Below, piece by piece: positions 10,920-17,629 of a stretch of DNA of 64,000 nucleotides; position 1 is the stretch's first letter; every line of letters begins with the position of its first letter. Source of the DNA: an uncultured Gammaproteobacteria bacterium (lineage in GTDB: Bacteria; Pseudomonadota; Gammaproteobacteria; Pseudomonadales; Porticoccaceae); assembly GCA_947084925.1 (NCBI GenBank), contig CAMTUJ010000016.1, positions 3,226-67,225 of the forward strand. Direction: 5' to 3'. Below the pieces are notes generated by a model. It made no database searches, was not told the origin of the DNA, and saw only the letters and a list, made by a program, of their open reading frames with translations. The translations under genes and the position numbers were made by a program.

Positions 10920-11618
10920 TTACTGTGCGACTGCTGACCCACTTACAGGAAGGTGGCGGGTCAGCGTTTCAATTTCTTGTTTTAAGGCGCGAAGCTCGGC
11001 GTTGATCGCCACTTTGCGATTGAATTGTTTTTCCTTGCGCAGGCGAGCTTCGCATTTGTCCAGCTCACGCTGTCTGGAATGTATTTGCTCCATTCTTTCC
11101 ACACAGCCCTGCAAGTCTTCGCCTGGGTGGGCCGGGAAGGGCATCAAGGGCGCCAGCAGGCGCGCATACAATGCCTCAAGATCAAACACCACCGGCAAAG
11201 CGGTTCGAGGTGCCACGCTTGGCAGCCAGGCGCTTTCAAAGTAGTCGCTCACCACCCATTTGGATCTGTCCGCATCGCTGGGGCGCTTGAAGGCCGCGGC
11301 GGCGCGGATCTTTCCCTCGTACCGCTGCTCAAAGAGGATCGGATAAGGGATAGCCCGGTCAATGCACTGCAGTACATCGTATTTCAGTTCTCCCGTTTTG
11401 AGGGTTATGCTGAAAATCTGGATTTCAGGAACGGACTGCGTTCCCTTGAGGTTGACGGTTTCCGGGGCAAGCTTGAATTGCCAAGTGATCTGTTCCACTT
11501 GGCGGACAAACAGATTTTTGACGGCAGCGCTCGGGCTTGCATGTTCGTAAATTTTGTTCTTGGGCAGCACGCGCCCGAAGGCGGCGCTCTTTGGGTAGTC
11601 GAAGAGCACGGCTGTCAT
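10920..11618 (-). CDS. DUF4391-family protein (function unknown)
   Basis: 232 aa. MTAVLFDYPKSAAFGRVLPKNKIYEH...LAPETVNL...IPYPILFE... matches my recollection of DUF4391 proteins. The C-terminal part (RMEQIHSRQRELDKCEARLRKEKQFNRKVAINAELRALKQEIETL) looks like a coiled coil. The start overlaps the SNF2 gene stop by 4 nt. Confidence 0.7.
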   Translation of the reverse strand: MTAVLFDYPKSAAFGRVLPKNKIYEHASPSAAVKNLFVRQVEQITWQFKLAPETVNLKGTQSVPEIQIFSITLKTGELKYDVLQCIDRAIPYPILFEQRYEGKIRAAAAFKRPSDADRSKWVVSDYFESAWLPSVAPRTALPVVFDLEALYARLLAPLMPFPAHPGEDLQGCVERMEQIHSRQRELDKCEARLRKEKQFNRKVAINAELRALKQEIETLTRHLPVSGSAVAQ

Positions 11619-14600
11619 CCCTCCTCCTGACCACTTTCTTGAACAACCAGAAAGGCGACGAGCTCGAAGTCATCCAGCCCGGCGATGGTGTTCACCAGAG
11701 CCGTGGTCTTGCCGCCGGAGAACAGGCTGTCGAGATCCTTTTCCTCTTTGATGTCGATCATCGAGCGAATAGCGGTACTGAGCAGGTCGGAGCAGGCTTT
11801 CATGTCACGACCCTCATCAGTCAGCTGATTGAACAAGCGACATACGGACTGAATGGGTTCTATCTGCCCCTTGCAACTGGAACGTACCAGGTCGAGCAAT
11901 GATTTGACCTCGGTGTGGTTGGCGATAACCTGCCCATCGCCTGCGATATAGATCAAATAGTAGGGATGCAGCCGATTCTGCTGGTTGATGTTGACGCCAT
12001 GGTTGAGGTTGCGCAGTGCGAAGATGACGCCGGGGTGCAATCCCACTTCAGGCCTGGAGGGAACAACCGCATGCATGCCATTGGGCACGTTTGCGAGATC
12101 GCCATTGGTTTTGACATAGTTCAGCAGGTCCATGCGAAAGTCGTTCAGGCCAAGATCAGTGATGGACACACCTGTCTTAAGGTCTTCCAGTTCGATCACC
12201 TCTTCCTGCAGGCGCCGGAGTTGTTCTTTCCGGTAGGATATATCGCTGCTTTTGGCCGTGAGGACGTTGTCGTCGCCGGTGGCCGTCACGTCGGCAATCA
12301 CCATGCGGTTTTCAACCCGTTCTTTTAGGTTGATGTATTCATCGAGCGAGATATCGGGCCAATAGTTGACCAACTGGATGGTTTTGTTGATGGAGCCGAT
12401 GCGGTCGATACGGCCGAAGCGCTGGATGATGCGGACCGGGTTCCAGTGAATGTCGTAGTTGACCAGGAAGTCGCAATCCTGAAGGTTCTGGCCTTCGGAG
12501 ATACAGTCAGTGCCGATCAGCAGATCCAGTTCGGCCGGTTCGTTTGGCAGCACCTGCGCCTTCTCCTTGGCGCGAGGTGAAAACAGCGTCAGCAATGACT
12601 GGAAATCATAGGTTTTCTTCGGTGTCGCGCCTTTTAATGTGGACTGGGTTATTGTGGACTGGGGCGCATCCTTGCCGGTGACCTTACCTGTGTGCAGCCC
12701 CTTTGTTGCCAGAATATCTTCGGCAAGGTTGTTGTACAGGTAATTGGCCGTGTCGGCAAAAGCAGTGAAGATCAGGATCTTTTTATTGCCGTCATTGATG
12801 GGATTTTCAATCTTGTCCAGGATAAGAGCCTTGAGATGCTGTAACTTGGCATCATCCTCGGGCGTGACTTTTGCCATGGAGTCCAGCAAGGCGTTTATGA
12901 CTTCCAGATCAACCTTCAGGTCATGTTCCCATGAGGGTAGATCCATATCAGCGAGATTGATTTTAACCTTGCCGCCGATTTCATCGTCGGCCACCCCGCC
13001 GTTACCAGCAAGGACATCATCATCCTCTGCTTCGAGGGTTTCCAGGCTATCCGTCCAGTCAGAAACGCTTTCCGCGTTGCCTGTAACCTTGTACGAATCG
13101 ATCTTGCTCAAGGTACGGGTGTGGTTGTCTAACAGGCTTTGCAGGGTGAGGCGGAAGGCCTCAACCGAGCTTTCAAGACGCTTGAGCAGATTGGTCGTCA
13201 TCAGTGCCTGCAAGCTCCGTTCGCGGTCTGCCTGCCTGAGCTTTCCTTTACCGCCTTCCACCTGCGTGTCGTACAAGTCTTCATACTTTCTAAGACGACT
13301 GGGCAGGATGTAGCTGATCGGGGCATAAACAGAGAGCTTGAGCAGCGAGAGCTGTTCAAAAATCTCATTGAAGCTCATGACATCCGTGCGCCCGGTCAGT
13401 GGCGAATGGAATGACAGAGGCTTGCGCCGCTCTGGAAACTGCCCTATGTCGCTGGTGTCGTAGAAGGTCTGGATATGCTTGCGCGAACGGGCGATGGTGA
13501 CGCTGTCGAGCAGCTCAAAGAAGTCGAAATCGAGTGCATCCAGGATAACCCGCGCGGTACGATCTTCCGGCGGCAATTTTGACCATTGGTTGAACACCGT
13601 TTGGGCATTGCGAAAGATTTCTTCCACCGATCTGCCGGTGCGCAGCTTCTTGCTGAGATTTTCCGAGTCGCCTTCGTAAGCCAGGGCGAGCTGGTTGCGC
13701 AGATCATTGAAGCGGTTGTTGACCGGGGTGGCAGACAGCATGAGAACCTTGGTTTTAACACCCTGGCGGACGACCTGGTTCATCAGCTTCTGATAACGGG
13801 TTTCCCGGTCCTTGACCGCATCGTTGTTGCGGAAGTTATGCGATTCATCAATGACCACCAGATCATAGTTCCCCCAGTTAACACGGTTCAGGGGAATGCC
13901 AAACGACTCGCCCGAGGTGCGGGAAAGGTCGGTGTGACATAGAACGTCATAATTGAACCGATCCCTGGAGAAGATGTTTGTTGTCAGGTTTCTGTTGTAA
14001 TTCAGCCAGTTGTCTGCAAGCTTCTTGGGGCACAGAACAAGTACCGAACGATTCCGCAGTTCGTAATACTTCACAACGGCAAGAGCCGTAAAGGTTTTGC
14101 CAAGCCCCACACTGTCGGCCAGGATGCAGCCGTTGTAGGTTTCCAGCTTGTTGATAATGCCTACGGCGGCATCGCGCTGGAAATTAAAAAGCTTGTTCCA
14201 GACCAGCGTATCCTGATAGCCCGTGCGGTCGTTGGGCAACACGTCCTCGTCGATATCGTCGAGGAAGTCGCTGAAAATGTTGTAGAGCATCAGGAAATAG
14301 ATGCGCTCGGGCGAATTTTCCTGGTATGCCGACTCGATATGATCACAGATTGCGGCCGTCACATCTTCTAGCTTGCCGGGGTCGCTCCAGATTTGGTCAA
14401 AAAGCTGAAGGTATGTGGATGTAAAGGCCGTCTCATCAACACGGTTGACGATATTGGAAACAGCGTCCCCTTGCTGATATCCCAGATCCACCGCGGTGAA
14501 ACCATGCAGGGGCATGTACGCTACTTCCTGCTCGGGGCCTTGGACACAAGCAAACTGCTGCATTGGAGACTTGGTCTTGTTAGAACGGAATTTAGCCTTA

Positions 14601-14941
14601 CGCCGCATCCACTCCGCACATTCGCGTGCGATGGCACGCTGGGTGAGTTTGTTGCGAAGCTGGATCTCAAATTCGGAGCCGTACAGGCTGCGTTCGCGGT
14701 TGGCCTTGGGGATGAAAAACTCTCGACGTTCCTTGCTAAATTTGTCGGTGACTGCATTCGGGACGAAGGTGGGTGCAGTGAAAATGAATTCCAACGAATC
14801 AATCTTTGAGAGCTCGGCCTTTAAGGCTTCATAGGCATAGATTGAAAAACACGATGCCGCGATCTTCAGTTTGGCCTTGGGGTTGATGGAAGCCTTCAGA
14901 TCGTCGCCCAGCAAAGAATTGATGTTGTCGATAATTTTCAT
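11615..14941 (-). CDS. SNF2-family (SF2) helicase/ATPase with an extra non-helicase N-terminal domain of about 260 aa
   Basis: 1108 aa. Motifs are ILADSVGLGKTFTALAV (I), LVVIDESHNFRN (II, DExH), LMLSATPVNN (III) and QRFGRIDRIGS (VI). No HxK (PLD) or PD-ExK motif was recognised in the N-terminal domain. Confidence 0.8.
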   Translation of the reverse strand: MKIIDNINSLLGDDLKASINPKAKLKIAASCFSIYAYEALKAELSKIDSLEFIFTAPTFVPNAVTDKFSKERREFFIPKANRERSLYGSEFEIQLRNKLTQRAIARECAEWMRRKAKFRSNKTKSPMQQFACVQGPEQEVAYMPLHGFTAVDLGYQQGDAVSNIVNRVDETAFTSTYLQLFDQIWSDPGKLEDVTAAICDHIESAYQENSPERIYFLMLYNIFSDFLDDIDEDVLPNDRTGYQDTLVWNKLFNFQRDAAVGIINKLETYNGCILADSVGLGKTFTALAVVKYYELRNRSVLVLCPKKLADNWLNYNRNLTTNIFSRDRFNYDVLCHTDLSRTSGESFGIPLNRVNWGNYDLVVIDESHNFRNNDAVKDRETRYQKLMNQVVRQGVKTKVLMLSATPVNNRFNDLRNQLALAYEGDSENLSKKLRTGRSVEEIFRNAQTVFNQWSKLPPEDRTARVILDALDFDFFELLDSVTIARSRKHIQTFYDTSDIGQFPERRKPLSFHSPLTGRTDVMSFNEIFEQLSLLKLSVYAPISYILPSRLRKYEDLYDTQVEGGKGKLRQADRERSLQALMTTNLLKRLESSVEAFRLTLQSLLDNHTRTLSKIDSYKVTGNAESVSDWTDSLETLEAEDDDVLAGNGGVADDEIGGKVKINLADMDLPSWEHDLKVDLEVINALLDSMAKVTPEDDAKLQHLKALILDKIENPINDGNKKILIFTAFADTANYLYNNLAEDILATKGLHTGKVTGKDAPQSTITQSTLKGATPKKTYDFQSLLTLFSPRAKEKAQVLPNEPAELDLLIGTDCISEGQNLQDCDFLVNYDIHWNPVRIIQRFGRIDRIGSINKTIQLVNYWPDISLDEYINLKERVENRMVIADVTATGDDNVLTAKSSDISYRKEQLRRLQEEVIELEDLKTGVSITDLGLNDFRMDLLNYVKTNGDLANVPNGMHAVVPSRPEVGLHPGVIFALRNLNHGVNINQQNRLHPYYLIYIAGDGQVIANHTEVKSLLDLVRSSCKGQIEPIQSVCRLFNQLTDEGRDMKACSDLLSTAIRSMIDIKEEKDLDSLFSGGKTTALVNTIAGLDDFELVAFLVVQESGQEEG

Positions 14942-15147
14942 TTGCCAGAACCCTTTTCATTAGGTTCCGCAGCGCCGCCCGCTTCGACCCAGGCATCCAC
15001 CTGGTCTTTCTTGAACTTCCAAAGACGGCCTACCCGATGAGCCGGCATGGCATGTTTGTCAATCCAGCGGTACACCGTGTCATTACTGACACCGAGGTAC
15101 TTGCCTATCTCGTCTACTGATAACCAGCGGTCTTCCAAATCAGCCAT
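14938..15147 (-). CDS. Excisionase-family (MerR-like) helix-turn-helix DNA-binding protein, first gene of the operon
   Basis: 69 aa. WLSVDEIGKYLGVSNDTVYRWIDKHAMPAHRVGRLWKFKKDQVDAWV is the typical excisionase-family HTH signature. The stop overlaps the SNF2 start by 4 nt. Confidence 0.75.
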   Translation of the reverse strand: MADLEDRWLSVDEIGKYLGVSNDTVYRWIDKHAMPAHRVGRLWKFKKDQVDAWVEAGGAAEPNEKGSGK

Positions 15148-15600
15148 TTACGGCTCCTGACGGGCGATGGGGTTCCGCCCTTTGGCGGTGGCATTGGCTT
15201 ACAGGCAGAAAAGCCCTAGCTTGCGATGTGCCTCACTATAACTTGGCATTAGCAGGCTCTCAAGCAGTTTGGTCTGGATAAGGCCACATAAGACCGTTTA
15301 TGGTGGTCAAAACTGAGCCCGAAAGCATTGCTATTCGCAAACGGGGCGCTGCCGAATGTTGCCACAGTAGAATGCACAACAGTGATAACCGCTGGCTATC
15401 CGGTTACGAGAAGGAAGCTTAGGTGCGAATGGGCACTCTTCGTCCAGACAGCGCCCAATTCATGCTGAGCTGTTTTTTATTCGACACTCGACCGGTCGCA
15501 CACAGACCTATAGATATGGCTCACGACCCGCATTACTGGCCTGATCAAATGGACGCGGACACCTTGATGGTTTTCCTTGGGCATACGCAGAGTGGGATTC

Positions 15601-15960
15601 TCAGGGATCGTCGGGATCGCCCATATCAATCCGCCAGTCGTCCTTATCGTACAAACCGACACCTGAGTGACCGTCTCTGAGTTCAGGCTGTTTTTCTTCA
15701 TCCAGATCGGCGTTCCGTACAAGCCATGCCGCGATCAGTACGAATGCGAGCAGTATGGCCAGCCAGAACGTCACGTACAGCAGCACTGCGAACACGGCGA
15801 GCTTCACGATCCAGAACAGCGATCGTGATACACCTGCCGGCAAACCCTTGCCCGCCAACCATTGGGTTGCACGGGCCTCTTGCCGCACGAAGCCGCGCCA
15901 TGTGCGGCCGAGCCACCTGCCGGTGCGTTCTGCGGTTGTGGGATGTGCGGTATGTTTCAT
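15601..15960 (-). CDS. DUF3742-family small membrane protein (ICE backbone gene)
   Basis: 119 aa. AERTGRWLGRTWRGFVRQEARATQWL is followed by two hydrophobic helices (LFWIVKLAVFAVLLYVTFWLAILLAFVLIAAWLV). As I recall it, this pattern is typical of DUF3742 proteins of PFGI-1/ICEclc-type elements. Confidence 0.65.
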   Translation of the reverse strand: MKHTAHPTTAERTGRWLGRTWRGFVRQEARATQWLAGKGLPAGVSRSLFWIVKLAVFAVLLYVTFWLAILLAFVLIAAWLVRNADLDEEKQPELRDGHSGVGLYDKDDWRIDMGDPDDP

Positions 15961-15979
15961 AGTGCTATTTCATGATCAT

Positions 15980-16603
15980 CTATCGTTTTCTGGCACGCGG
16001 ACCGGGATCGAGTTCCACGCCGATCTGGTATTTCTCGACAAAGCCGGGCCAATCCACATGCTCGGGCAGATCGATGTCATCGACCACCTTGACCTTGCCC
16101 TGCGCCCGCTCGAACAACGCGATGCTGGCGGAGGGATAGTTGTTGCGCGACGGATAGAGCACCCCGTCGAACAGCGGCACGCTATCGGCATCCAGCATCG
16201 CATACACCTGAGCGGACACCTGCTGCGTGTGCGTGTAGTCACGGCTGGCCAATTGCTCCAGGGTCAGACCAAAGTAGCCTGCCATGACGCCTGCGGCCGT
16301 AAGGTCAGCCAACTGCAGATCGCCCACCACGCCGACCGCACGCACCAGGCGGCTTTGGACTTCAGCCAATGCAATCGAGCGTTTGCTGTCCCGATCCCAT
16401 TGGTGCTTGTGAAACACCGACTCCATCAACGCCGTGGGCAGATCGCGACCAACATAGAGCACACCATAGTTCTGGGCCGGGGCGTCATAGCGGTTCGTGC
16501 CGTCTCGACCGTAATACAGCGGCTCGCCCCGGTAGACGACCCGACTCACATGCTGAAGCAACTCACCCGTGTCGATGCGTTGCGTGGGAAGCGCGATGCC
16601 CAC
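15980..16603 (-). CDS. RES-domain toxin (NAD+-degrading toxin family, MbcT/ParT-like)
   Basis: 207 aa. It has an R...E...S arrangement (GRDGTNRYDAP..., LPTALMESVFH, VLYPSRNN). The GTG start lies 12 nt after the antitoxin stop, with GGAGGG as SD. Confidence 0.75.
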   Translation of the reverse strand: MGIALPTQRIDTGELLQHVSRVVYRGEPLYYGRDGTNRYDAPAQNYGVLYVGRDLPTALMESVFHKHQWDRDSKRSIALAEVQSRLVRAVGVVGDLQLADLTAAGVMAGYFGLTLEQLASRDYTHTQQVSAQVYAMLDADSVPLFDGVLYPSRNNYPSASIALFERAQGKVKVVDDIDLPEHVDWPGFVEKYQIGVELDPGPRARKR

Positions 16604-16615
16604 ACCGACCCTCCG

Positions 16616-17305
16616 TCAATGCACGCCGAGCACGTTGAAGACCGCCTTCGCCACGGCATCCACCGAATCGGCAGTCACTGCTTCCACTGGCGAACGCCCG
16701 GCCAATCCTTCGAGCGGTTCGGACAGGGCGCGATACAGCGTCCAGGCATCAACTTCGGACGCAGCCTGTAGCACGATTTGGGTCAGTCGCTGTTTCACCG
16801 GATCGAGTTGCCAGTCGGGCAGCCTCCGGCCACGCGGCCCCACGTTCAGCGCCAACAGTCGGCGCGCCTCGATGTCCTTGTAGATCTGCTGGCGCGACTT
16901 GTTCGCCAGCCGGGCAAAGTCAGGCAGAGGTAGGTTGTGCGACTGCTCGAAAGCCTCCAACAACACGGCACGACCGCGCTGAATTTCGGTCTCACCCGGT
17001 GTCCAGCGGGTATCGGCACGCACCGCTGCGGCCTTCCGGGCCAAGGTCTGCTCCACCGTCTCCACTTCGAGCGGGATTTCCATGGACAGCGGAAGTTCGA
17101 CCGACTCAAGGCGTTCCTGTACGAACGCTTCCAGTTCGGCTGCAAAGGCTTGGGCATCCCGAATCTCAACGGTATCGGAGAAACGGCGTACCTCGTCCAC
17201 CGTCACCCTTGGCAGGTGGTCGGCAATGAATTCCAGGGTCTTGGGCATGGATAGCTCCCGTTGACAGACTGAAATCAGCATATTCTCGTTTGTCTCCTGT
17301 GTCAA
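16616..17305 (-). CDS. Xre/MbcA/ParS-type antitoxin (C-terminal RES-toxin-binding domain, DUF2384-like)
   Basis: It sits directly upstream of the RES gene. The C-terminal ...LEGLAGRSPVEAVTADSVDAVAKAVFNVLGVH resembles the antitoxin toxin-binding domain. The start is uncertain: TTG at 17305, ATG at 17281 (AGGAGA 11 nt upstream) or ATG at 17248. Confidence 0.65.
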   Translation of the reverse strand: MTQETNENMLISVCQRELSMPKTLEFIADHLPRVTVDEVRRFSDTVEIRDAQAFAAELEAFVQERLESVELPLSMEIPLEVETVEQTLARKAAAVRADTRWTPGETEIQRGRAVLLEAFEQSHNLPLPDFARLANKSRQQIYKDIEARRLLALNVGPRGRRLPDWQLDPVKQRLTQIVLQAASEVDAWTLYRALSEPLEGLAGRSPVEAVTADSVDAVAKAVFNVLGVH

Positions 17306-17629
17306 CTATGTCAACCGTCACCAGGGGCCTCTCCGCATGGGCGTGCTCAGCCTGCTGCGGAAAAGCCATCGTAAACAGGGCACAGACTGCCTTCCGCTCT
17401 CAATGCGGTACCGGGTGTCACCCCTTTGTCTGTGGCCAGATACCCACGAGTTGTCGGGATTGCCCCATGCCGCATTGATCGTGGCACCCACGAGGTAATG
17501 GCCCTATACCCAAAGGCTTCCGTAAAGGCCAAAGGGCTGGGAAGAGGCAAGGGAACGGGGCCAAGGGGAAAGGCTCTACCCGAAAAGGCCAAAAGGCTCT
17601 CCCGCCAGCCCGTCACTCGGGGTGTCGTC

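Noticed and set aside
15423-15722. 85-aa (+) and 81-aa (-) ORFs in the cargo/backbone junction.
   Set aside because: They have no SD or motif support, they overlap each other and the DUF3742 gene end, and their composition is atypical. They are treated as non-coding.
17426-17629. N-terminal extension of the traI ORF (MSVARYPRVV...KAKGLGRGKGTGPRGKALPEKAKRLS...).
   Set aside because: It is low-complexity and encoded by the AAAGGC repeat region. MFSLFQRKR at 17630 looks like a normal relaxase N-terminus. The question is kept open in a finding because only N-terminal mapping can decide it.
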